A stretch of DNA of 32,000 nt from assembly GCF_000189295.2 (NCBI RefSeq), contig NC_016803.1, positions 3,750,001 through 3,782,000 on the forward strand. Reading direction: 5' to 3'. This document shows, in pieces, positions 8,617 to 15,638 of the stretch; the first letter of the stretch is position 1, and each line of letters begins with the position of its first letter. A model generated the notes under the pieces. The model worked only from the letters and a program-made list of their open reading frames with translations, had not been told where the DNA came from and did not search any database. Source of the DNA: Pseudodesulfovibrio mercurii. Lineage in GTDB: Bacteria; Desulfobacterota; Desulfovibrionia; Desulfovibrionales; Desulfovibrionaceae. The position numbers and the translations under genes were made by a program.

Positions 8617-9510
8617 CTAGGGGTGGAGGAGGCGGAAGACGTTGTCGATGCCTTCGAGGAGCCGCAGGGTGGGCCGCGAGACCAGCCGCTCGTCCACCAG
8701 GAAGACGTTGCGGGTCAGGACCGCCTTGATGCGCGAGGCGGCCGGGCCGTCCACGATGTCCGGCACCGAGACCTCGTTCATGGTTCCGCGCTGGGCCAGG
8801 TAGACGTCCACCTTATCGCCCCTGGCCAGGAGCCGCTCCAGGCCGTAGTCCGCGATGTTGGTGCCGTGGCGGGGCCGGGCGTCGGCGGCCACGTTGATGC
8901 CGCCCGCCTTTTCCAGGACGAACAGGGGCATGGAGCCGGGCGAGAAGGTGGCGGTCTTGGAGTGGATGGACTCGAAGAACACGCCGGGCCGCTCGTCCAT
9001 GGGGATGGTCGCCAGCCGGTCCTCGGCGCGGCGCACGCCGTCGCGGAAGTCCTCGACCATGTATTCGGCCTGCATGTCGCGGCCGGTCAGTTTGCCCAGG
9101 GTGCGCCAGTAGTCGTACATGGCCTCCACGGTGTCGGGCTGGAGCGAGACCACGGTGACGCCGTGGCGCGCAAGCGCGTTCCACAGCCCGGTGTAGGCGC
9201 GCATGTGCATGGGACGGATGAGGATCAGGTCCGGCTTGGCGGCCAGGAACTTCTCCACGCCGTCGCGGGCGTTGAAGGTCGGCTTGTCCAGGGCCGCGAC
9301 CGGGTAGTCCTCGCCCGTGGACACGCCGATGATGCGGTCGTCCAGGCCGAGGCTGAAGAGATTTTCGGTGTGCGCGCCGTACAGGGAGATGATCCGGGTG
9401 AACGGCTTGTCGAAGGTGATGGTCCGACCGGAGTCGTCGGTGATGGTCCGGGCCTGGGCGGTGGAGCACAGGAGCAGGATGAAGGCGAGGGTCAGGAAGA
9501 AACGTTTCAA
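8617..9510 (-). CDS. ABC transporter periplasmic substrate-binding protein, BtuF/FepB/HmuT-like (corrinoid/iron-complex class)
   Basis: Signal peptide MKRFFLTLAFILLLCSTAQA. Class III SBP pattern (RIISLYGAHTENLFSLGL, KPDLILIRP). It lies in an operon with FecCD-type permease and ATPase genes. Confidence 0.8.
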   Translation of the reverse strand: MKRFFLTLAFILLLCSTAQARTITDDSGRTITFDKPFTRIISLYGAHTENLFSLGLDDRIIGVSTGEDYPVAALDKPTFNARDGVEKFLAAKPDLILIRPMHMRAYTGLWNALARHGVTVVSLQPDTVEAMYDYWRTLGKLTGRDMQAEYMVEDFRDGVRRAEDRLATIPMDERPGVFFESIHSKTATFSPGSMPLFVLEKAGGINVAADARPRHGTNIADYGLERLLARGDKVDVYLAQRGTMNEVSVPDIVDGPAASRIKAVLTRNVFLVDERLVSRPTLRLLEGIDNVFRLLHP

Positions 9511-10292
9511 GATCGGTTCCCTTGGATATAGGCGATGAGCGGTCCGTGTTCGGTGTCCAGGACGGCGGCGCGCACGCCGAAGACCGCGTGGATGTTTTCG
9601 GGGGTGAGTGTCCGGGACACGTTGCCATAGGCGTGAACGGCCCCATTGTCCAGCATGAGCACGGCGTCGCAGTAGCGGGCGGCCAGGTTCAGGTCGTGGA
9701 GCACGGCCACCACGGTGCGTCCGTCCTCGGCCAGCCGGGCCAGCTCCTCCATGGTCGCCATGGCGTGACGGATGTCCATGGCCGAGGTGGGCTCGTCCAG
9801 GAGCAGGACCGGGGTGTCCTGGGCCAGGCCGCGCGCCACGGCCGTGCGCTGGCGTTCGCCCCCGGACAGGTCGGCCACGGCGCGGCCGCGCAGGTCCGCG
9901 AGGTCCATTGCGGTCAGGGCGCGCTCGACGATCTCGCGGTCGCGGGCGTCGGCCCGGCCGAACCGGGGGATGTGCGGGTGCCGCCCCATGAGCACGGTCT
10001 GGGCCACGGTGAAGGGGAAGCGCAGGGGCTGGTCCTGGGCGACCATGGCGCAGCGCCGGGCCAGCCGGTCCGGGGGACAGGCCGAGACGTCCTCGCCGTC
10101 CAGGCGGACCGCGCCCGAGGTGGGCTTGAGCAGGCCCGCCAGCAGGGCGAGCAGGGTGGACTTGCCGCTGCCGTTGGGCCCGACCACGCCGTGCAGCAGG
10201 CCGGGTGCGAAGCCGAGGTCCAGATCGCGGAGGACCGGGACGTCGCCGTAGGCGAAGCCGAGGTCCCGGAGGGCGAAGGTCGCGCTATCCAC
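9507..10292 (-). CDS. ABC transporter ATP-binding protein (BtuD/FepC/HmuV-like)
   Basis: Walker A GPNGSGKST, signature LSGGERQR, Walker B LLLDEPTS. Start proposed at GTG 10292..10290, 8 nt after GGAGG. It overlaps the permease stop by 8 nt and the SBP ATG by 4 nt. Confidence 0.85.
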   Translation of the reverse strand: MDSATFALRDLGFAYGDVPVLRDLDLGFAPGLLHGVVGPNGSGKSTLLALLAGLLKPTSGAVRLDGEDVSACPPDRLARRCAMVAQDQPLRFPFTVAQTVLMGRHPHIPRFGRADARDREIVERALTAMDLADLRGRAVADLSGGERQRTAVARGLAQDTPVLLLDEPTSAMDIRHAMATMEELARLAEDGRTVVAVLHDLNLAARYCDAVLMLDNGAVHAYGNVSRTLTPENIHAVFGVRAAVLDTEHGPLIAYIQGNRS

Positions 10293-11334
10293 GGGAGAGC
10301 CTCCGCGAGCGGCTGAATATCCAGCAGAAGACCGGTCCGCCGATGAGGGCGGTGAGCACGCCGATGGGCACCTCATGGGGCAGGAAGGCGCGGGTCACGG
10401 TGTCGGCGGCCAGGAGCAGGATGGCCCCGCCCAGGCCCGACGCGGGCAGGAGCCAGCGGTTGTCCGGGCCCACGACCATGCGCATGAGGTGGGGCACGAT
10501 GAGCCCGACGAAGCCGATGACCCCGCTCACGGCCACGCAGACCGCGCTGACCAGGGAGGCGGTCACCAGCAGGATGAGCCGCACCCGGCCGGTGTTCACG
10601 CCCAGGCTGCGGGCCGGGCGCGTGCCCAGGCTCATGACGTTCAGGTCGCGCGCGAAATAGAGGCAGACCGCGAAGGCGAACAGGGCGGCCGCGCCGGCCA
10701 GGGCCGCGTCCTGCGGGGTCCGGCCCACGAAGCTGCCCATGAGCCAGAAGACGATGACCGAGACGCGCTCGTCGGCCAGGTACTTGATGCAGCTGATGCC
10801 CGCCGAGAGGATGGCCGAGACGATGACGCCGGCCAGGATGAGCGAGGCCGGGGAGAGTTCGCCGTCCCGCCCGGCCAGGGAGATGACGGCGGCCAGCGTC
10901 AGGGCCGCGCCCGCGAAGGCCAGGACCAGCAGGGTGGCCGGGCCGAGGAAGGCGAGCCCCAGGAGCAGGGCCAGGGCCGCGCCGAAGGCCGCGCCCGAGG
11001 ACACGCCCAGGGTGAACGGGTCGGCCAGGGGGTTCAGGAGCAGCCCCTGGAAGACCGCGCCCGCCACGGCCAGGCCGAAGCCCACGGCCGTGCAGGTCAG
11101 GATGCGCGGCAGCCGGACGTCGAAGAGGATGCCCGCGCCGGTGGAGTCCAGGGAATCCGCCGCTCCCGACACCCCTCCCGTGAGGCCGTCAAGCAGCCCG
11201 CGCAGGACTTCGTCCGGCGGGATGTGGACGACTCCCAGGGTGCAGGCGGCCAGGACCAGCCCGGCCAGCCCGGCGGCGAGCAGGGCCACGGTCAGGCCGT
11301 TGCGCAGGGGGGTGCGGGGAGCGGCGTCGGTCAT
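10285..11334 (-). CDS. FecCD/BtuC-family ABC transporter permease
   Basis: 349-aa highly hydrophobic ORF with typical BtuC/FecCD features (RLPRILTC..., LNPLADPFTLGVSSGA, GVIGFVGLIVPH). Confidence 0.85.
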   Translation of the reverse strand: MTDAAPRTPLRNGLTVALLAAGLAGLVLAACTLGVVHIPPDEVLRGLLDGLTGGVSGAADSLDSTGAGILFDVRLPRILTCTAVGFGLAVAGAVFQGLLLNPLADPFTLGVSSGAAFGAALALLLGLAFLGPATLLVLAFAGAALTLAAVISLAGRDGELSPASLILAGVIVSAILSAGISCIKYLADERVSVIVFWLMGSFVGRTPQDAALAGAAALFAFAVCLYFARDLNVMSLGTRPARSLGVNTGRVRLILLVTASLVSAVCVAVSGVIGFVGLIVPHLMRMVVGPDNRWLLPASGLGGAILLLAADTVTRAFLPHEVPIGVLTALIGGPVFCWIFSRSRRLSRG

Positions 11335-11338
11335 GCGG

Positions 11339-12313
11339 TTATTTCGCGCCCGGTTTTTGGGTCATGGCGTCGGCGAGATGGTCCACGTAGATGGCGGCCC
11401 AGCCGTCGAGCATGCCCAGGCCGCGCAGGTCGGTGGTCACGTCGAAGCCCTGTTTGGTCAGCATGACCTTCCACGAGTCGTCCTCGTCCCCGGCCATGTC
11501 GTTGGAGGCGTGGTCCCCGGCCACGATCATGAACGGCTTGAGCAGGACCTTCCTCTCGCCCGACGCCTTGAGCTGCGGGGTCATGTCGTCGAAGGCCGGG
11601 TAGCCCTCCACGCAGCCGATGAAGATGGGGTAGTCGTACTCGGCCTGGAGCACCTTCTGGAACTCCGCGTAGATGCCCGTGGAGAAGAAGTCGTTGCCGT
11701 GGCCCATGTAGACCAGGGCCGCGCCCATCTCCCTGGCCTGGTCCACGTCGCCCTTGAGGGCCTTGGCCGCGCGGGCCATGTCCTCGCCGTATGGCCGGGC
11801 GTCGCCGGGCATGCCCAGGGCGGGACGACCCAGGACCAGACGGACGAAGGGCTCGTTCTTGGCCTTCATGGTGTGGATGGACCGGAGCCCGTCGACCAGG
11901 GCGGCCAGGTCGGTGAACTCCTCGCCCGCGAAGACGTGCAGGGACTGGACGGCGACGTCGCGGTAGCCGTCGTTCTGGAGGTCCGCGATGGTCGCCAGGG
12001 GGTGCTTGACGAACAGGACCTCGGCGGGGATGTCCGCGTGGGCCTTTTGCCAGGCCGCGTCGTCCTGGCGCTTCTGCCAGATGCGGCGGATGATGTTGGA
12101 GGTGAAGGCCAGGCGCACGGGCACGCCGGGGTTGGCCTGTTCCACCTTGGTCTTGATGTTCAGGATGGATTTGACCGCTTCGGGGTAGGAGGTGCCGAAG
12201 GCGGCCAGGACGATGGCCGTCTTGACCGGGCCCTCGTCGTGGTGCCCGGCCCGGGCCGGGACGGCCAGGAGCAGGGCGAGCAGCAGGAAGGCGGCGTTTC
12301 TGACGAACGTCAT
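11339..12313 (-). CDS. cbiK: Sirohydrochlorin cobaltochelatase paralogue with signal peptide (periplasmic-type CbiK)
   Basis: ATG at 12313..12311 follows GGAG. N-terminus MTFVRNAAFLLLALLLAVPARAG looks like a Sec signal peptide, followed by the CbiK core (TAIVLAAFGTSYPEA, VAVQSLHVFAGEEF, YMGHGND). The ORF-track extension to 12430 runs through the riboswitch terminator and was rejected. Confidence 0.85.
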   Translation of the reverse strand: MTFVRNAAFLLLALLLAVPARAGHHDEGPVKTAIVLAAFGTSYPEAVKSILNIKTKVEQANPGVPVRLAFTSNIIRRIWQKRQDDAAWQKAHADIPAEVLFVKHPLATIADLQNDGYRDVAVQSLHVFAGEEFTDLAALVDGLRSIHTMKAKNEPFVRLVLGRPALGMPGDARPYGEDMARAAKALKGDVDQAREMGAALVYMGHGNDFFSTGIYAEFQKVLQAEYDYPIFIGCVEGYPAFDDMTPQLKASGERKVLLKPFMIVAGDHASNDMAGDEDDSWKVMLTKQGFDVTTDLRGLGMLDGWAAIYVDHLADAMTQKPGAK

Positions 12314-12340
12314 GATGTTCTCCGAAAAAGGGCGGGTAAG

Positions 12341-12382
12341 GGAAAAGAAAAGCCCCTTCCTCAGCGAATTCAGAGGAAGGGG
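12341..12382 (-). terminator. Intrinsic terminator forming the expression platform of the cobalamin riboswitch
   Basis: Minus strand reads ccccttcctc-tgaattcgct-gaggaagggg followed by cttttcttttcc. It lies between the aptamer and the cbiK RBS. Confidence 0.7.
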
Positions 12383-12405
12383 AGTCCGTATTTTTCCCTT
12401 CGATA

Positions 12406-12593
12406 CCTCGGCGGCAAGCCCACGTACCACCGTGGCAAGTCCTTGTGATCGCTTCAGGCAGGTCTTCCGGCTGGTCCCTCCCGTCTCCGCCTTCCCAGGC
12501 GAGGCCCAGTGGCGTGAATGGAGACGGTTCGGCAGGACGTCACGGCGGCGGGTCCGCTCCCGATTTTCACGGGATTCCCTATCGAGTCCGAGG
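12406..12593 (-). promoter_or_regulatory. Cobalamin (B12) riboswitch aptamer
   Basis: Minus strand contains GATAGGGAATCCCGTGAAAATCGGGAGCGGACCCGCCGCCGTGA, GCCACTGGGCC...CCTGGGAAGGC and the B12 box AGCCGGAAGACCTGCC (plus 12457..12472). P1 can form between CCTCGG (12588..12593) and CCGAGG (12406..12411). By eye it matches the E. coli btuB leader block for block. Confidence 0.9.
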
Positions 12594-12610
12594 ACACCTG
12601 AAGACTGAGC

Positions 12611-12638
12611 ACTATGCCCCGGCGGGCGTTCCTGTCAA
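12611..12638 (-). promoter_or_regulatory. Candidate sigma-70 promoter for the riboswitch operon, embedded in the last codons of the cheA-like gene
   Basis: Minus strand reads TTGACA (12638..12633), a 16-nt spacer, then CATAGT (12616..12611). The -10 overlaps the TAG stop. The predicted transcription start is just upstream of riboswitch P1. Confidence 0.35.
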
Positions 12639-14309
12639 GGACGACTGCGCGTTCCGGGCGATGCGCGCCTGGAACTGCTGGATCATCTCCTCGGCGTCAA
12701 TGACCAGGGCGTCGGATTCGCCCATCATGCCGTAGCCCAGGATGGGCACGTCGAAGATCTCGTTCACGGGCACGGTGAAGCCGGTGATGACCACCTGCTG
12801 CTGCCTGAGGACCTCGTCCACCAGGATGGCCCCCTTGTAGTCGCCCACCCGGACCACGATGGCCTGGGCCATCTCGATGTTGTCGATCTCCGGGGTCAGC
12901 TCCAGGAGGTCGGCCAGGCGGAGCAGGGCATGAATCTCGCCGCGCACGTCCACGGTCTCGCGGCCGTCGGGCAGCTCGACCACGTCGTGGCGCCGGGGCA
13001 TGTATATCTCGACCACGTCGCGGCTGGGCATGATGAAGGTATCGCCGCCCACCTTGCAGACCAGGGCGTCGACGATGCCCTCGTTGGCCGAGCGGTCCAG
13101 GGGGACGGTGATGGTGAAGGCCGCGCCCTTGCCGAGCGTGCTCTCGATGGACACGTCGCCGTCCAGGGCGACCTTGATGGCGTTGACCACCGCGTCCATG
13201 CCCACGCCGCGCCCGGACACGTCGGTGATCTTCTCGGCGGTGGAGAAGCCGCTCTGGAGCACGAACTGGAGGATTTCCTCGGTCTCGTACTCCTTGTCCG
13301 GGTCGGCCAGCCCCTTTTCCAGGGCCTTGGCCAGGATGCGGTCCGGGTCCAGGCCGCGCCCGTCGTCGGACACCTGGATGAAGGCGCTGTCGCCCTTGCG
13401 CCAGGCGGCCAGGGTCACGGTGCCGCTCTCCGGCTTGCCCGCGGCCTTGCGCCCCGCGGGGTCCTCCAGGCCGTGATCCACGGCGTTGCGCAGCAGGTGA
13501 ACCAGGGGCTCGTTCAGGGACTCCACGATGGTCTTGTCCAGGGCCAGCTCGTCGCCCTTGACCTCGAAGTCGAGCTTCTTGCCGATCTTCTGGGACAGGC
13601 TCTTGACCAGCCGGTGCATGGGCATGAAAATCTGCTTGAGCGGCACCAGGCGGATGGCGTTGACCTCCTGCTGGAGCCGGGTGATGACGTTGTCCAGTTC
13701 GCGCAGGCTGGAAGCCATCTGGGTCATGCTCGTGGCCCCGCCCTGGGCGATGACGGCGTAGGTGACCATGAGCTTGCCGACCAGCTCGATGACCCGGTCC
13801 AGCCGGTCCGTGGCCACGCGGATGGAGGAGATGGCAGTGGCCGAGCTCTTGGCGTCGGTCCGGTTGTCCGCCTTGGCGTCGGCCTTGTCGGGCTCGCCGG
13901 CCGGGGCGGACTCGGCCGGGGCCGCCTCTTCGGGGACCTCGGCCTCGGCGGCGGGCGGTTCCTCGAAGGCCTTGGCCGCCTCCGCCTCGGATTCCTCGAC
14001 CACGGGCGCGGACGGTTTGGTCCGGATCTTGGCCAGGGCGTCGGCGCTGCCCTCGAGCAGACCGCCCAGGGCGAAGAAGAACTTCTTCTGGGCCTCGCAG
14101 ATGCCGAGCAGGGAGGAGATGATGTCGCTGTTGACCGGGGTGATGCCGTCCTTCAGCATGTCGAGCAGGGCGATGACCCCTGCCGAGGAGAGCTGCATGC
14201 ACGACAGGCCGAGTGCGTCGACAACCGCCTCGACCCCCTGGCCGGTGGCGTCCACCTCGAGGATCTGCTTTTCGATGTCCTCGATGCACTGGATGATGCT
14301 GTCCTGCAT
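12612..14309 (-). CDS. cheA: CheA-type histidine kinase core (P3 dimerisation, P4 HATPase, P5 CheW-like) lacking a phosphorylatable HPt domain
   Basis: P3-like ISSIRVATDRLDRVIELVGKL. N box HLLRNAVDHG, G1 VSDDGRGLD, G2 GRGVGMDAV. C-terminal CheW-like domain (ALVCKVGGDTFIMP...AILVDEVL). There is no His in the first ~175 residues. The N-terminal ~95 aa look helical and are followed by an Ala/Glu/Pro-rich linker. Confidence 0.85.
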   Translation of the reverse strand: MQDSIIQCIEDIEKQILEVDATGQGVEAVVDALGLSCMQLSSAGVIALLDMLKDGITPVNSDIISSLLGICEAQKKFFFALGGLLEGSADALAKIRTKPSAPVVEESEAEAAKAFEEPPAAEAEVPEEAAPAESAPAGEPDKADAKADNRTDAKSSATAISSIRVATDRLDRVIELVGKLMVTYAVIAQGGATSMTQMASSLRELDNVITRLQQEVNAIRLVPLKQIFMPMHRLVKSLSQKIGKKLDFEVKGDELALDKTIVESLNEPLVHLLRNAVDHGLEDPAGRKAAGKPESGTVTLAAWRKGDSAFIQVSDDGRGLDPDRILAKALEKGLADPDKEYETEEILQFVLQSGFSTAEKITDVSGRGVGMDAVVNAIKVALDGDVSIESTLGKGAAFTITVPLDRSANEGIVDALVCKVGGDTFIMPSRDVVEIYMPRRHDVVELPDGRETVDVRGEIHALLRLADLLELTPEIDNIEMAQAIVVRVGDYKGAILVDEVLRQQQVVITGFTVPVNEIFDVPILGYGMMGESDALVIDAEEMIQQFQARIARNAQSSLTGTPAGA

Positions 14310-14318
14310 GGCGTCCCC

Positions 14319-15044
14319 TTATTGCGCGGTGAAGTAGGTTTCCCTGTCGGGATACAGTGAGATGGTCTTGTCGAAGCCCCAGCCGATGAGGGTCTGACGG
14401 GCGTCCGGGGAGACGTTGCAGGCCGCGATCTTGAAGGTGGTGCCCATGCTCGCCACGGCGGCCCACGCCCCGGAGCCGAAGGTCAGTACCCCGGACAGGT
14501 CGAGGAGCACGGCGTCGCCGGGCTCGATGCACAGGATGGCCGAGAGGATGGGCTTGAACTGGCCGTCCAGGTGCACGCGCGGGTCCTTGACCCTGATGAC
14601 GGTCACGCCGTCGCGGGTCTCCACGTCCACGCCCGCGCCCTGGGCCTCGCCCTCGGCCTGCTCGGTGGAGGACGCCTCCTTGATCAGTCCCAGGACCTCC
14701 TCCTGCTCCCCGGTGTCCAGGTCGCCCTCGCGCAGCTGCTCCAGGACCTGGAAGATCATGTTCACCCCGCGCGACAGCAGGGTCACGTTGTCCGGGGTGG
14801 ACTCCACCTCGCCGGACTGCACCTTCTTCAGGAAATCCTCGATCTTGTGGGTGAAGTGGGAGGCCTCCTCGAAGCCCGTCATGAAGCCGGTTACGCCCTT
14901 GATGGTATGCAGGGGCCGGGCCAGGATCTCGATGCCCTGGGCCAGCTCCGCGCCCTCGAGCAGTTCGAGTCCCTCCATGACCTGGGGGTAGTACTTGTCG
15001 TTCACCTCGGAGAAGAATTCCTCAACCATCGGGTCTTCGCTCAT
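14319..15044 (-). CDS. CheA P1-type HPt domain fused to a STAS (anti-sigma-antagonist-like) domain
   Basis: Residues ~1-125 follow the CheA P1 pattern, including ILARPLHTIKGVTGFMTGF (His46, codon 14909..14907) and HFTHKIEDFLKK. Residues ~140-241 look STAS-like (VTVIRVKD..., LLDLSGVLTFGSGAWAAV, TFKIAACNVSPDARQTL). Confidence 0.75.
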   Translation of the reverse strand: MSEDPMVEEFFSEVNDKYYPQVMEGLELLEGAELAQGIEILARPLHTIKGVTGFMTGFEEASHFTHKIEDFLKKVQSGEVESTPDNVTLLSRGVNMIFQVLEQLREGDLDTGEQEEVLGLIKEASSTEQAEGEAQGAGVDVETRDGVTVIRVKDPRVHLDGQFKPILSAILCIEPGDAVLLDLSGVLTFGSGAWAAVASMGTTFKIAACNVSPDARQTLIGWGFDKTISLYPDRETYFTAQ

Positions 15045-15059
15045 GGCCTGTCCTCGGTC

Positions 15060-15455
15060 TTACTTGTGCAGAAGTCCGAGCTTTTCCAGCTCGGCGTACA
15101 GCTTGTCCTTGGCCACGGGCTTGACGATGTAGGCCGAGGCCTCGCCGTCGTGAAAGGTCCGGATGACCGTCCGGGGATCGTCCAGGGCCGTGGTCATGAT
15201 CACTTTGACCCTGGGGGTGTAGTCGTTGGCCGTTTCGAGGTCCCGAATCTTCTGCAACGCCTCGATGCCGTCCACCTCGGGCATCATGATGTCCATGAGG
15301 ATCAGGTCGTAGGGCCTGCCCTCGCCGTGGCCCATGCGGAAGGCCTCGACCGCTTCCCGGCCGTTGACCACGATGTCCACGTCGAAAAGGGTCATCAGGA
15401 AGGACCGCAGGACCTTGCGGCTCAAAAATTCGTCTTCGACAATGAGTGCACGCAT
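15060..15455 (-). CDS. cheY: CheY-like single-domain response regulator
   Basis: 131-aa REC domain: IVEDE acidic pocket, LILMDIMMPEVDG phospho-Asp, IMTTA, VKP. Confidence 0.88.
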   Translation of the reverse strand: MRALIVEDEFLSRKVLRSFLMTLFDVDIVVNGREAVEAFRMGHGEGRPYDLILMDIMMPEVDGIEALQKIRDLETANDYTPRVKVIMTTALDDPRTVIRTFHDGEASAYIVKPVAKDKLYAELEKLGLLHK

Positions 15456-15504
15456 TGCATACTCCGCTTTCTTACCGGGAAAAGGGGCTCCAGGCTTTCT
15501 TTTC

Positions 15505-15575
15505 CTATGTAAAATGGAAAAATGTCAACATGATGATAAAAATTAATAATGCGCATTCCATTATAATCTCACCGC
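15505..15575. promoter_or_regulatory. AT-rich divergent promoter region between cheY and trmH (TATAAT at 15562..15567 on +, TTGACA at 15528..15523 on -)
   Basis: There is a sharp local drop in GC. A perfect -10 hexamer lies ~70 nt upstream of the trmH ATG. A perfect -35 hexamer is present on the minus strand, but I found no convincing partner -10. Confidence 0.3.
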
Positions 15576-15638
15576 TTGCGCCGGTCCGGAACGTGCTCCG
15601 GGGTTGCCAAACCATAGCAGAATGTATACCAACCCCGC

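Noticed and set aside
12697-14532. 611-aa and 566-aa same-strand alternative-frame ORFs (12697..14532 and 22527..24227, minus strand)
   Set aside because: They are out-of-frame overlaps of the cheA-like and waaA/ddl genes. The translations are Arg/Pro/Gly-rich nonsense, while the annotated frames carry the kinase and glycosyltransferase motifs.
15575-15600. Sigma-54-like GG-N10-GC element upstream of trmH (ggaacgtgctccggggttgcc)
   Set aside because: The spacing and flanking bases do not fit TGGCAC-N5-TTGC. A sigma-70 TATAAT at 15562..15567 is a better explanation.
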